Shown here: piece by piece, positions 30,098 to 40,624 of the stretch
How positions within the stretch are numbered: the first letter of the stretch is position 1
Layout: each line of letters opens with the position of its first letter
Program-made: the position numbers and the translations under genes
Notes under the pieces: model-generated
Told to the model about the DNA's origin: nothing
Database searches by the model: none
The model's input: only the letters and a program-made list of their open reading frames with translations
Origin: an uncultured Pigmentiphaga sp.
GTDB taxonomy: Bacteria; Pseudomonadota; Gammaproteobacteria; Burkholderiales; Burkholderiaceae_B
Assembly: GCA_964569785.1 (NCBI GenBank)
Contig: CAZMVM010000001.1
Span: 901-59,798 of the forward strand
DNA length: 58,898 nucleotides
Direction of reading: 5' to 3'

Positions 30098-30595
30098 CTA
30101 TTGCACCACAAAAGCGTGAAAGAGAACGTCCATTACCTGCCCCTTGCCAACACCCGAATTCAGCGAGGCGCGCACCTGCGAAGCGAGTTCACGCTTGCCT
30201 TCGCCTGACTGAAGTGCATCCGGGCGTTGTTCGGATAGCAGGACCAACAATTGGCTGCGTATCTCGGGCAGATAGTCCATAAGGCGCTGACGCGTGCTGT
30301 CGTCATCCACGCGCAGCGTGAGCCCCACATGCAGGATGCGGTCGGCATAAGGGTCGCTGACCGTAACGGTAAACGGTTCGAGTTCAATGAACACGGGCTT
30401 CGGCGGCGGAGGAGAGGTGGGCGCAGTTTCTGCCGCAGTGGGCAGGTTTCGGGAGACTACGGCGTAGGTAGTTCCGGCAACGGCGCACACCAACACGACC
30501 AGGGCAAGAACAAAGAGCAAGGCTCGTGCAGCAGCGCCACGTTGACCCGAAGCTTGTGGAGGAAGACGGCCGGTGCGCGAAAGATACGACTGCAT
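30098..30595 (-). CDS. fliL: Basal-body-associated protein FliL
   Basis: TM anchor, P.F..LEPFTV, YLPEIRS.LL.LLS and DVLF.AFVVQ motifs. Confidence 0.94.
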   Translation of the reverse strand: MQSYLSRTGRLPPQASGQRGAAARALLFVLALVVLVCAVAGTTYAVVSRNLPTAAETAPTSPPPPKPVFIELEPFTVTVSDPYADRILHVGLTLRVDDDSTRQRLMDYLPEIRSQLLVLLSEQRPDALQSGEGKRELASQVRASLNSGVGKGQVMDVLFHAFVVQ

Positions 30596-30779
30596 AGTAG
30601 GTTACTGCTGGATAAGTCTATAGCCCAAGGGGTTGGGGTGGACGGTGTCGATGCGAAATTATGGGCTGACTTCCCGGTATGAAAGCGTGCGAACAGACAC
30701 CGGAAGAGGCGCTAGCTCGCGCATTTGTTGGTCACGGAAGTCTTAGCCGGCATGGGGTCAGGCCTTCGTCGGCGTTTCA

Positions 30780-32405
30780 CTAAGCAAACGTGTCCACGAG
30801 TCCGCGGGGGGGGCGAGGCCCGCTTCCCGTACTAGGGGAGACGTGTTCGTCGTTGTTTCCGCCCGGCGTCCCGCGGGTACGCTGATCAGTTTGGCTTCCC
30901 GACGACTCCGCAAATGCTTCGCGGAAGTGCTCGCCCACGCTGGTTTCCCCCAGAGAGATTCCGGCTTGCGCAAAGGCATCATGCAGCTGAGGTAGCGCGG
31001 CCTCGACTGCCTGGCGTACCGCCGCGTGATGCGAAGCAAAATACAACTGGGCCTGCCCGTCGAAAAGATGAAGGTTGACGCGCAGTGGTCCCAGCTGCGG
31101 GGGATCGAGCCGGAGTTCAATCTGATGCGTACCGTCACGCAGTTCGCGCGCGAGAGACTGAATCTGGTGGCCGAGCGTTGCCGCCCATTGCGGATGCGCA
31201 AAAGGAGTGACCAGGGTAGCGGTGCCCATGGTCAGAGGCATGCCCGCGGACGGGGTGGCAAACGAGAACGGGGATCCCGATGTGGGGGTGAGGTGAGCAG
31301 ATCCAACGGCTGCGGCGCCGCTGTCGAGGGTGAAACTATCATCTCCGTGACCGCTACTGACTGTCGTGCCAACGGTGTTGCCCAGGACAGGGGGCGGCAG
31401 TTCGTGAGAGTGGCGGGCGCTGTTCGGGCTGCTGGCTCCAAGCTCAGCAACCGCATCAAGGCGCGAACTCAACCGAGTCTCACCTCGCATACTTAGGTGC
31501 TGGCCTAAAGGCGTTTGTCCCCAACGGCTCGCGGACGCCGTCGAAACCGCCGCCGCGCGGGTGGTTACCGTGCGGGTGGCCGACCCTGCGCTACCAGCGT
31601 CGTGCCGGGCTGCGGGGAGCAGGCGGTCGACTTGTCGCGCGGCGTCTTGCTGCGCATGGGTCATTACGTTCAACGTGTGGTTCGGGTTGGCGGCAGCCGA
31701 TGAGCCGCTAGGCGTCGACGGTATACTCGCTCGCCTGCGCGCTCCTCCGTCGCCAACTTCATCGAGAGATCCAGCGCGCAACTTCGAGGCTTGATAGTCG
31801 GCTCCTGTAGCTGCGAGACGTGCCGAAGTGGGCGTCGTCTGTTGAGGGTGGACGTCTGTTGTCGCTTCCCCTGGCGTCAGCACGTGTGAACCCTGCGAGC
31901 GCGGGGTGGTGGCGTGCTGCAGGCGCCGATGAGCCAATATGCTCGCAGCCAGCTCTCGGCTGCTGGCCGTTAGCGCGCGAATATCGTCTTCGAGTTTGGC
32001 TGTTTTCACGTCCGCGAGCTCTCCCTGACCTGCGGACTGCGTCCGTTTGCTGAGGCTGCGGGAATCATCCGCTGTGGCGTCGCTGAGGCGGTGGGTGCTG
32101 CTCTCTACATCGTGACGGTCGCCCCGGGGGTGGGAGTTCAACCGCTCCTCTGTTTGTGCCGGGGCTGCAGTTGACGGTGGGTTGAGCGCACTCGTGCTGT
32201 GGTCTGAGGTTGCCGGCAGAACCGACGCACCCCCTTGTGACTCCTCATCCTGGGCACGTCGGCCCGCTCTGGCGACGAGTTTCTGCTCTTGCAGGGCTTG
32301 GGAAAAACTGGAAGAGCCCATGGGCGCAATTGATTCCTGCTCGCGATGTTCTTGTGCGAGCCCGGTAGCACGAGGCGACGTGCTGAGCAAGTTCAGGGCA
32401 TTCAT
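30780..32405 (-). CDS. fliK: Hook-length control protein FliK (541 aa)
   Basis: Low-complexity Ala/Ser/Thr N-region and C-terminal W...LG...ELRLDPPQLGPL...VRQAVEAALPQL, ending VDTFA. Lies between fliJ and fliL. Confidence 0.93.
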   Translation of the reverse strand: MNALNLLSTSPRATGLAQEHREQESIAPMGSSSFSQALQEQKLVARAGRRAQDEESQGGASVLPATSDHSTSALNPPSTAAPAQTEERLNSHPRGDRHDVESSTHRLSDATADDSRSLSKRTQSAGQGELADVKTAKLEDDIRALTASSRELAASILAHRRLQHATTPRSQGSHVLTPGEATTDVHPQQTTPTSARLAATGADYQASKLRAGSLDEVGDGGARRRASIPSTPSGSSAAANPNHTLNVMTHAQQDAARQVDRLLPAARHDAGSAGSATRTVTTRAAAVSTASASRWGQTPLGQHLSMRGETRLSSRLDAVAELGASSPNSARHSHELPPPVLGNTVGTTVSSGHGDDSFTLDSGAAAVGSAHLTPTSGSPFSFATPSAGMPLTMGTATLVTPFAHPQWAATLGHQIQSLARELRDGTHQIELRLDPPQLGPLRVNLHLFDGQAQLYFASHHAAVRQAVEAALPQLHDAFAQAGISLGETSVGEHFREAFAESSGSQTDQRTRGTPGGNNDEHVSPSTGSGPRPPRGLVDTFA

Positions 32406-32902
32406 GACAGCTCCGGAGTGGCAGGAGAATTAAGGCGATGCTGCGCCCAGCTCGAGGCAGAGGAGCGCGGAGTGGCCATGCGCTGTGTAACGAATTCGTC
32501 CGTAAGGCGTTGCTCGCGTCGCGCTTCACGTTGTGCGACTTGGCGGGCCCGGCGTTCTAATAAAGTATCGATGGATTTGGCTTGACGGCGTTGTTCTTGC
32601 CACTCCTGGCGTCCTGCCTGAACCAAGCGTTCAACACGCTCTACAGCGGCACGCTGCTCGGCAATGGCGCGTTCAAGCATGGCCATAAAGCGTTGGTAGT
32701 TTTGCCAACTGGCGGCCGGCATCCCCTGTTGCAGGCTGCGGTGTTGTAACCCCAGCCGGTAGTCGTGCAAGTATTGTTCCAGCTGTTGTAGCTGCTGCGC
32801 GGCCTGCATCGCCCTGGCCTGACGTTGACCGAGCTCACGCGCAGCTTCGTCCATCTGTTTGCGCCTGAGGTCGGCGAGAGAGTTAAGCGTACGATTGCCC
32901 AT
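32402..32902 (-). CDS. fliJ: Flagellar export protein FliJ
   Basis: Coiled coil with QL.QY..DY, W.NYQ.F...L..AI and EQRLTDE motifs. Confidence 0.94.
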   Translation of the reverse strand: MGNRTLNSLADLRRKQMDEAARELGQRQARAMQAAQQLQQLEQYLHDYRLGLQHRSLQQGMPAASWQNYQRFMAMLERAIAEQRAAVERVERLVQAGRQEWQEQRRQAKSIDTLLERRARQVAQREARREQRLTDEFVTQRMATPRSSASSWAQHRLNSPATPELS

Positions 32903-34313
32903 AGGAGTGCGAAGACTGGAAAAGCTGTTCGAGTTGGCCGAGGGATTCGGGGTGGCTGACGTTGTCGGTGAGCCCTTGCTGCAGGTAATTGGCTAGCGCC
33001 GGGTACATGGCAATAGCCTCGTCGATTTGTGGATCGGTGCCAGGCGCGTAGGCACCCACCGCAATCAAATCACGATTGCGTGCGTACAACGACAGTGTCT
33101 GTTTGAAGCGTCCCACCTGCTGCAGCTGACGCGGCTCAGCCAGAGTGGCCAGCGTGCGCGAAATTGACGCTTCAATGTCGATCGCAGGGTAATGACCCGC
33201 ATCCGCCAAGTCGCGTGACAACACGATGTGGCCGTCAAGAATCGCCCGTGCTGCGTCTGCGATGGGGTCTTGCTGGTCATCACCTTCCGTGAGCACCGTG
33301 TAGAACGCCGTAATCGAGCCGTGCCGCCCCTGACCGTGGGCAGCGCCGTTGCCGGCGCGTTCAACCAGCGCTGGTAAGCGCGCAAACACAGAGGGTGGAT
33401 ACCCTTTGGTTGCGGGGGGCTCGCCAATGGCCAGGGCAATCTCGCGTTGAGCCATCGCAAAGCGCGTCAACGAGTCCATGATCAAAAGCACGTCCAGCCC
33501 CTGATCACGAAAATACTCCGCCACGCGAGTGGCGTAGAGTGCGCCCTGAATTCGCAACAAGGGAGTGACATCGGCAGGGGCTGCAACCACGACTGCGCGT
33601 TCCAGGCCTTCGCTGCCAAGAATGTTCTCGATGAAGTCTTTCACTTCACGGCCACGCTCTCCGATCAGACCCACGACGATGACATCGGCGCGGGTATGGC
33701 GCGCCATCATTCCCAGTAAGGTACTTTTTCCTACCCCCGAGCCGGCGAACAAACCCATGCGCTGACCGCGCCCCACCGTTAACAGCCCATTAATTGCGCG
33801 TACGCCCACATCGAGAACCGTGTCGATAGGCGCACGATCCAGCGGGTTAATCGGAGCGGCGCTGAGTGGTGCTGCCAAAGCGCCCTGTAAGGGGCCGAGA
33901 TCGTCCAGAGGCCGTCCAGCGCCGTCAAGTACCCGTCCAAGCAGGGCCTCGCCCACCGGAACAACCCTTCCCCGTTGGCTACCTGGCTCAGGGGCAAATG
34001 CCGCGGGTGGGGCATCGGCGACGACCCGCGCACCCGGTGGTAGGCCGGCGATGTCGTTTTGCGGCATGAGGTACAGGGTGTCGCCGCTAAAGCCCACGAC
34101 TTCCGCATCCACCCAGGCATTTGCAGCGGGATGGAGTTGAATGCGGCAGGCGCCGCCCAAAGGAATGCGTAAGCCGGTTGCTTCCAGTACAAGACCCGTC
34201 GCTCGCGTGATACGGCCGGACAGGGCACAGGGCTGCACAAAGTGGACGCGCTGGGTAGCCGCTTCCAAATGTTGGCACCAACGCCGTATGCCCTGAATCG
34301 CCGTCGCACTCAT
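32883..34313 (-). CDS. fliI: Flagellar export ATPase FliI
   Basis: Walker [16 protein letters not shown], Walker [10 protein letters not shown] and [12 protein letters not shown]. Confidence 0.98.
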   Translation of the reverse strand: MSATAIQGIRRWCQHLEAATQRVHFVQPCALSGRITRATGLVLEATGLRIPLGGACRIQLHPAANAWVDAEVVGFSGDTLYLMPQNDIAGLPPGARVVADAPPAAFAPEPGSQRGRVVPVGEALLGRVLDGAGRPLDDLGPLQGALAAPLSAAPINPLDRAPIDTVLDVGVRAINGLLTVGRGQRMGLFAGSGVGKSTLLGMMARHTRADVIVVGLIGERGREVKDFIENILGSEGLERAVVVAAPADVTPLLRIQGALYATRVAEYFRDQGLDVLLIMDSLTRFAMAQREIALAIGEPPATKGYPPSVFARLPALVERAGNGAAHGQGRHGSITAFYTVLTEGDDQQDPIADAARAILDGHIVLSRDLADAGHYPAIDIEASISRTLATLAEPRQLQQVGRFKQTLSLYARNRDLIAVGAYAPGTDPQIDEAIAMYPALANYLQQGLTDNVSHPESLGQLEQLFQSSHSYGQSYA

Positions 34314-35056
34314 GATGCTTGCTCCTGAGCTCCAGGATTAAGAGCTTCCGCAATCTGTCGCCACCGGGTTTGTAACGTGGCGTCCACTTCTCCCAGGCTA
34401 GTCACCACCCTGCAGCCCCCGCGCTCGAGCGACGGATCGGGCACGATGCGCCAGCGCTCTTCTTCAATTTCGGTGTCGAGGTGGGTGGTGGCGAGTTCAG
34501 CATCGGCGGGATTGAGATTGAGATTGATCAGACCTCCATTCACCGGAGCAGTGCGCAACACTTGTCTAACCAATGGAATGATGTTTTCTGGCTGGTGCTG
34601 CAGCTCCGTCTGGACAACCTGGCGTGCGATGCTCATGGCGAGATCGGTCAAGGCATTGCATACTTCGCTATCGAATGCGGCAAGATCCTGAGCAACGCTA
34701 TTGACCGCCTGTCGCAGCGATGCAACCTGTGCCGCTGCGTCTTTCAGCCCTTCCGCTATGCCTTGCTTGCGGCCTTCTGCCTCGCCTTGTGCATAGCCCT
34801 CAGAACGGCCTGCCGCTAACCCTTCGGCGTGCCCTTGCGCATAGCCTTCCTTGTAGCCATGCTCGCGCGCTTCGCGCATCAAGCGTTCCAGACGCTCCGC
34901 CTCCTCTTGCTGGCGAGTGTCCGTCTCCACATCTTCAACTGTCGACGCGATGGGCTCGGGAGCATGCAGCGACTGCGCTTCCCAACGACGCCACTCGCCG
35001 AGTCGTTCGCGGGGAACGAAGCGAGCTTGCGTAGAAGGAGACAACGCATTAGACAT
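34310..35056 (-). CDS. fliH: Flagellar assembly protein FliH
   Basis: W..W N-terminal motif, GxxxG repeats (GY.EGY.QG..EG) and GGC.V....GEVDAT..TRW. Confidence 0.95.
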   Translation of the reverse strand: MSNALSPSTQARFVPRERLGEWRRWEAQSLHAPEPIASTVEDVETDTRQQEEAERLERLMREAREHGYKEGYAQGHAEGLAAGRSEGYAQGEAEGRKQGIAEGLKDAAAQVASLRQAVNSVAQDLAAFDSEVCNALTDLAMSIARQVVQTELQHQPENIIPLVRQVLRTAPVNGGLINLNLNPADAELATTHLDTEIEEERWRIVPDPSLERGGCRVVTSLGEVDATLQTRWRQIAEALNPGAQEQAS

Positions 35057-36053
35057 AGGAGTCGTCGCCTCTTGGGTTCAAGACAATCTGGCCTGCTTCT
35101 GCCAAGCGGCGCGCCAAGTGCAGAATCTTCTTCTGCTCGGCATCCACCTGCGACATGCGAACGGGTCCCATATTTTCCAGGTCGTCGCGAAGGATTTCGG
35201 CCGCTCGTACTGACATATTGCGCAGGAACTTGTCGCGCAGGTCGTCGTTGACTCCTTTGAGCGCCACCACGAGCGCAGTGGGATCGATCTCTTTGAGCAG
35301 GAGCTGGATGGCTCGGTCTTCGACGTCGATCAGGTTGTCGAAGACAAACATTTCATCGACCACTTTCTGAGCCAGGTCAGCATCGCGCTCGCGCAGGGTC
35401 CCGATAATGGCTTCTTCTTGGGCAGAGCTCATCAGGTTGATGATTTCCGCTGCGGTGCGTGGACCGCCCATGCGGCTGCGCTTGGCGCCTTGACCCGCGA
35501 ACAGTTCATTCAGCACTTCGGTCAGCTCGTGCAGGGCGGCAGGCTGAACTCCGCCGAAGGTTGCAATACGCAGAACCACATCTGCGCGCAAACGTTCGTC
35601 GAGCAGGGCCAGCACTTCGGCGGCACGCTCACGATCCAGGTGTACCAGAATGGTCGCAATAATTTGTGGGTGTTCGTCGCGCACCAGTTCGGCCACCGTG
35701 TGCGCTTCCAGCCAGTTGAGGGCATCGACCCCGGACGTGCTATTGCCGGACTCAAGAATGTCCTCAATGATGCTGGCGGCCCGTTCGCTGCCCAGAGCCT
35801 TGATGAGAACGGAGCGGATGTAGTCGGACAACCCCAGGCTAACCGCCAATATCTGGTCGGCCTCTTCGCGAAAGTCTTCCAGCACCTGGTTCACTTCTTC
35901 GCGTGTGACTTGCTTCAAGTTAGCCATCGCGGCACCGATGGCCTGCACTTCACGCGCGCTCAGGTGCTTGAAGACTTCGGCCGCGGCGTCTTCACCCAGA
36001 CTCATCATGAGAATGGCGCTGCGCTGCAGCCCGTCGTCAATTACTTCTGTCAT
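35049..36053 (-). CDS. fliG: Motor switch protein FliG
   Basis: SAILMMSLGED.AAEVFKHL, EHPQIIATIL, MFVFD and NMS.RAA motifs. Confidence 0.98.
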   Translation of the reverse strand: MTEVIDDGLQRSAILMMSLGEDAAAEVFKHLSAREVQAIGAAMANLKQVTREEVNQVLEDFREEADQILAVSLGLSDYIRSVLIKALGSERAASIIEDILESGNSTSGVDALNWLEAHTVAELVRDEHPQIIATILVHLDRERAAEVLALLDERLRADVVLRIATFGGVQPAALHELTEVLNELFAGQGAKRSRMGGPRTAAEIINLMSSAQEEAIIGTLRERDADLAQKVVDEMFVFDNLIDVEDRAIQLLLKEIDPTALVVALKGVNDDLRDKFLRNMSVRAAEILRDDLENMGPVRMSQVDAEQKKILHLARRLAEAGQIVLNPRGDDSYV

Positions 36054-37692
36054 CGCGTTCTATCCAGTTACGCAGGATCGAGGCCACCGCCAAGGGATCC
36101 TTCTCCGCCAGTTCGCGCGCAGTCTGCAGGTTTTCCTCATACCGCGATTGCCTGCGTGCCTTGGCCTCGGCTTCGCGTCGTGCGCGCTCTTCATCCTCTT
36201 CTTCCAGTTCGTCCAGAGTCGGCTCGGCCGCGACGGCAGGTGCCTCAAGATGACGGCGCAGTAACGGACGGCCAACGGAGAACCACAGCCAAATGAGGAT
36301 CAGCAGGGCAAGAATCCAACCCAGCACGGTCAAAATCCGGTCGATAAACTCTGGGTGTTGCCACCAGGGTTGCTCGGGAATCTCTTCCGAGACGAAGCGG
36401 GCATTCATCAGACTAAGGGTGTCACCCCGTAATGCGGAATAGCCCATGGCCTGCTTGACCAGTTCGTTCAGCTTATCCAGCTCTTCTTGTGCCAGCGGCT
36501 GATACTCACCCTCATCATCCTTGCGGTAGTTGACGATGACCGCGACGGACAAGCGCGATACCGTGCCGACGGCATGCTGAAGATGCACGATGTTGCGATC
36601 CACCTCGTAGTTGGTGGTGGCATCACGACGCAGGCTACTTCCCGGTGGCAACGCGGTCACTGACCCCGTGTCGGTGCCTTCAGGTGTGCCTGCCGCCGGC
36701 CCAGTCACCAACGGTGCAATCGGCTCGAGCGGGGGTTGGTTAGTCAGCGCACCTGGAATGCCTTGCGCCAGTTGTGAGCCAATCTGGTCGAGCTCGCTGG
36801 TCTGTCGGCTCCGGATCGCCTGGGAACCCGGCGTGTCATTGGGTGCGAAGGTTTCTCGCGTTTCCTCGCGCTTGGAAAAGTCTACTTCTGCGCTGACTTG
36901 CGCACGTGCGTTACCAGGGCCGACCAAAGGCGTCAGAATGGCTTCGATGCGCTGTGCATAGCTGTGCTCGATTTCACGCACATGACGCAGCTGACGATCG
37001 TCCAGACCCTGTGCATCAAGTCCTGGCTGCGAGAGTAGGTGGCCGTACTGATCAACAATCGAAATGTTGGCAACTGGCAGTTGAGGAACGCTGGAAGACA
37101 CCAGATGGGCAATCGCAGCGATCTGGCTAGGTTCGAGCACGCGGCCTGGATACAGATGTACCAAGATCGATGCGGACGGTGCTTGGCGGTCGCGCACGAA
37201 CAAGGATTGCCGGGGAATAGCCAAATGTACCCGAGCGCGTTGCACCGCCTGCATGCTTTCGATCGTTCTGGCCAGCTCGCCCTCGAGGGCGCGTTGGTAG
37301 TTCACCTGCTCGGCAAATTGACTCACGCCAAAGCGCGCGTCGTCGAGCAGTTCGAAGCCCACGCCGGCGCTTCGAGGCAGCCCTTGGGTTGCCAGTTGCA
37401 GGCGCATTTCGTGGACGCGATCGGCCGGCACCATGAGCGTACCGCTTCCTTCGGCAAACTTGTACGGAACGTTTGCCTGGGTCAGGACAGCAATGATTTC
37501 GCCTCCATCGCGCTCATTCAAATCGGTATACAGCACCCGATATTCTTCGGAGCGACCCCATAAGACTGCGGCGACCACCAATGCGACAATCAGGGCAGCC
37601 CCTGATAGCAAGGCGATCCGCGGGATGCGCTTCAGGCGCTCGAGCAACGAGGGTAGAGCGTTTGGGAGTGTCGTTGTGCCAGCAGTGCTCAT
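36037..37692 (-). CDS. fliF: MS-ring protein FliF
   Basis: Two TM segments; GFELLD...FG.SQF.EQVNYQRALEGEL, ARVHLAIP and NYEVD motifs. Confidence 0.98.
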   Translation of the reverse strand: MSTAGTTTLPNALPSLLERLKRIPRIALLSGAALIVALVVAAVLWGRSEEYRVLYTDLNERDGGEIIAVLTQANVPYKFAEGSGTLMVPADRVHEMRLQLATQGLPRSAGVGFELLDDARFGVSQFAEQVNYQRALEGELARTIESMQAVQRARVHLAIPRQSLFVRDRQAPSASILVHLYPGRVLEPSQIAAIAHLVSSSVPQLPVANISIVDQYGHLLSQPGLDAQGLDDRQLRHVREIEHSYAQRIEAILTPLVGPGNARAQVSAEVDFSKREETRETFAPNDTPGSQAIRSRQTSELDQIGSQLAQGIPGALTNQPPLEPIAPLVTGPAAGTPEGTDTGSVTALPPGSSLRRDATTNYEVDRNIVHLQHAVGTVSRLSVAVIVNYRKDDEGEYQPLAQEELDKLNELVKQAMGYSALRGDTLSLMNARFVSEEIPEQPWWQHPEFIDRILTVLGWILALLILIWLWFSVGRPLLRRHLEAPAVAAEPTLDELEEEDEERARREAEAKARRQSRYEENLQTARELAEKDPLAVASILRNWIERDDRSN

Positions 37693-38012
37693 GGAAGGCG
37701 ATCAGACCAGCGGATGCGGCCGCAACGAATTTCAGCTGAGTAAGTCATGTGTTTCGCCTGATAGGACGAGAGTGGGGAACCCATAACCAACAGTCGGTTC
37801 CCGGACAGCCAGCATTATCCTTGTCACGCCTGCAAGTGCATGCCGCGAACAAAAGGTTTTTTGCCGGGTATTTGTTTGCAATGAAAACCTGCGCTCCGGG
37901 CTAGGATCGGGACTCAATCAGCGCAAGCGGCTAAACGTGCTTCTTGTATGGTCGTCTAGCTTGTCTTGACGAATTCACGCACGCGTCATGCGTGCGATTC
38001 TCCGGAGCAGTC

Positions 38013-38324
38013 ATGAAGATAGTGTTGCATCAGATGCAGGCCGTTGCCCAGCTTGCGAATGGCAAGCTCCTGAATGGAGCAAGCCCTTCGGGGGTGGCAG
38101 CAGCTTCCTTTAGCGACGCCTTGCAGCGCTCTCTTGCTCGCGTCAGTGCAATGCAAGAGAGCGCTCATTTAAAAGCTCAGGCGTTCGAGCTGGGGGATCC
38201 AGGCGTATCCCTCAACGACGTCATGATCGATATGCAAAAGGCGAACATTTCCTTTCAAATGGCGGTACAGGTGCGCAACCGTCTCGTCGCCGCCTATCAA
38301 GAAATCGCCAATATGCCGGTGTGA
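38013..38324 (+). CDS. fliE: Hook-basal body protein FliE
   Basis: SFSDAL...FELG...[35 protein letters not shown] before ATG 38013. Confidence 0.96.
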   Translation: MKIVLHQMQAVAQLANGKLLNGASPSGVAAASFSDALQRSLARVSAMQESAHLKAQAFELGDPGVSLNDVMIDMQKANISFQMAVQVRNRLVAAYQEIANMPV

Positions 38325-38593
38325 TAAGGTAGGGCCGCGCGTTGAGCGTTGAAATAACGCGCGTGCAATGTTGGTACGTCGCGATTCAACACGCCAGCGT
38401 ACGCCGGTGCACTATAGGCTCTATGTTGCGCAAATGAGATTTGCGTACAACGCAATTCGACGGCCACGCGGGGCCCAGCAACCTAGGGGCGGCTTGTTGG
38501 TACCGGCGATTAAACACGCAGCATGTGCGCTGCTTTAAGATTGCGTCTCTGCGTTCAATAAACGGTGTTCAGTACAACTCCGTTGTTGCCAAC

Positions 38594-38614
38594 ATGTAAT
38601 TATTGTAATTACAT
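38594..38614. promoter_or_regulatory. AT-rich perfect palindrome upstream of aer (candidate operator)
   Basis: ATGTAATTA-TTG-TAATTACAT, a 9-3-9 inverted repeat ~110 nt before the aer start. Confidence 0.45.
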
Positions 38615-38725
38615 TTGTCATAAATTTGGTTAATCTATTGTCTTGCTGTAGAGGGCATAAGCCGAGCGCATCCCGCGCCGCAGTTCCCAGACATTGTCTG
38701 CATGTCTTGATGTGACGAGTATTCC

Positions 38726-40429
38726 ATGCGCAATAATCAGCCCGTATTCGACGTAGAACAGGAAGTACGCGAAGACCAATATCTTATTTCGCGTACCGAC
38801 CTCGATGGACGCATTCTTTATGCGAACCACGCATTCGTGGAGGTCAGCGGTTTTGAGCGCGACGAGCTGATAGGGGCGCATCACAATATTGTCCGTCACC
38901 CCGATATGCCGCCCGCGGCGTTCGCCGATCTGTGGGCGACGATCAAGTCGGGTAAAACCTGGTGCGGCGTCGTAAAGAACCGGTGTAAAGACGGCCGCTA
39001 CTATTGGGTGTATGCCACGGTTTCGCCCATTAAGGAAAACGATGTCATCACCGGCTATGGCTCGGTAAGAGTCAAGCCCACGCAACAGCAAGTTGAAACC
39101 GCCGACGCGCTTTACAAGCGTATGAACGCCGGCAAACTCCAGGGTTATAAGCTCAGCGGCGGGAAGCTGCGACCCTTGGGGTTGCGGGCGTGGGTCGAGC
39201 GCTTGAAGATCTGGCGTGCGGAAACGCTGCGTGCACGCATCATCATGCTGCTGACCACGGTGTTGGCTACATTTGCACTGGTTAGCGGGCTAGGAATCTA
39301 CGCTGCCTTCACCGATACCACGAACGCGTCATGGCTCGTGCCGCTTATCGCTGGGTTGGGTGTGCTGGGAATTGCATGGCTGTGGGGTACGGGGTGCTCA
39401 CTCGTACGCTCGGTGGCTCAGCCCTTGCAGGATGCATTGATGTTCTCGCGGCAGGTCGGCGCTGGTAACTTAACCGCACGTCCCGGCAGGCGAGGACAAG
39501 CAGAAGCAGCCGAATTGTCAGACGCGTTGGACATCATGCGCAAAGCGTTGGTAAGCATTGCCTTCGAGATCAACGACAGTGCACGAGGCGTCGTCCTTGG
39601 GGCGGATCGCATCGCACAGGGTAATGCTGATCTGGCAAGTCGTACGCACCAACAGGCTGCGGCGCTGGAAGAAACCGCGGCTAGCATGGAAGAGTTTTCT
39701 TCCAGTATCGAACAAAGTGCGGACAACGCCCGTATGGCCAGCGAATTGGCTCAACAAGTATCGAACAAGGCGGGTCAAGGCAATACGGTTGTGCAAGATG
39801 CGGTCGAGCGCATGCAGGCGATCTCCGAAAGCTCGCAGAAGATCACCGAAATCATTAGCGTAATCGATGGCATCGCTTTCCAGACCAACATTCTTGCACT
39901 GAACGCAGCGGTCGAAGCAGCACGGGCAGGTGAGCAAGGGCGCGGCTTTGCCGTAGTTGCCGGCGAAGTGCGCAGCCTGGCGCAAAAAAGCGCGCAGGCT
40001 GCGCGCGAGATCAAGCATCTCATTGAGAACTCCGTGAACGAGATCGAGTCCGGAGCTAGCCTGGTTCAACAGGCCGGAACCGTCATGACGGAGGTCGAGG
40101 AAGCCGTGCAACGCGTCACTGCGCTCATGGGCGAGATTGCCATTGCTACACAAGAGCAAGCCACCGGTGTTGCGCAGGTAAGGCAGGCCATCCAGCAAAT
40201 TGACACCGTCACCCAGCAGAACGCGGCACTCGTCGAAGATGCCGCCGCGGCCGCCTCCATCTTGCGCGAGCGCAGCAATTATCTGCGCCACGCCGCCTCC
40301 GTGTTTATTGTCAGTGCCGCGGATCGCGAGACTGCGGCGCGATCCGCCAGACGAAACAAGAAGCGGGCACCCCATTCCGATCGGAGCTCCGACCAGGCTC
40401 GCTTGCACGCCAAGCAAGCACACTCGTAG
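38726..40429 (+). CDS. aer: Aerotaxis receptor Aer (PAS-TM-HAMP-MCP)
   Basis: MR.NQPV, LIS.TD..G.I.YAN, HN.VRHPDMP..AF.DLW and NRCKDG.YYWV Aer-PAS motifs; [30 protein letters not shown] signalling tip. Confidence 0.95.
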   Translation: MRNNQPVFDVEQEVREDQYLISRTDLDGRILYANHAFVEVSGFERDELIGAHHNIVRHPDMPPAAFADLWATIKSGKTWCGVVKNRCKDGRYYWVYATVSPIKENDVITGYGSVRVKPTQQQVETADALYKRMNAGKLQGYKLSGGKLRPLGLRAWVERLKIWRAETLRARIIMLLTTVLATFALVSGLGIYAAFTDTTNASWLVPLIAGLGVLGIAWLWGTGCSLVRSVAQPLQDALMFSRQVGAGNLTARPGRRGQAEAAELSDALDIMRKALVSIAFEINDSARGVVLGADRIAQGNADLASRTHQQAAALEETAASMEEFSSSIEQSADNARMASELAQQVSNKAGQGNTVVQDAVERMQAISESSQKITEIISVIDGIAFQTNILALNAAVEAARAGEQGRGFAVVAGEVRSLAQKSAQAAREIKHLIENSVNEIESGASLVQQAGTVMTEVEEAVQRVTALMGEIAIATQEQATGVAQVRQAIQQIDTVTQQNAALVEDAAAAASILRERSNYLRHAASVFIVSAADRETAARSARRNKKRAPHSDRSSDQARLHAKQAHS

Positions 40430-40624
40430 GAAACAACCGCGAATCAAACCGAATCGATCTCCCCCGACGCGGCTATCCCGCGTTGAGCCATTGCTCAAGG
40501 CAAGCAGCACGCGGTAACCGGTCGTCTCTGGGCCGGCACTGAAGGGGACCGCACAAAAGACGGCGCCCGATACGTACGGGCGCTGATCGACAGGTGCGCT
40601 ACACGCGGATAGGTTACAGGCAAC

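Noticed and set aside
39518-40510. 330-aa antisense ORF over aer (likewise 35418-36296, 56295-57020, 57503-58192)
   Set aside because: Shadow ORFs expected opposite GC-rich coding genes; no recognisable motifs.
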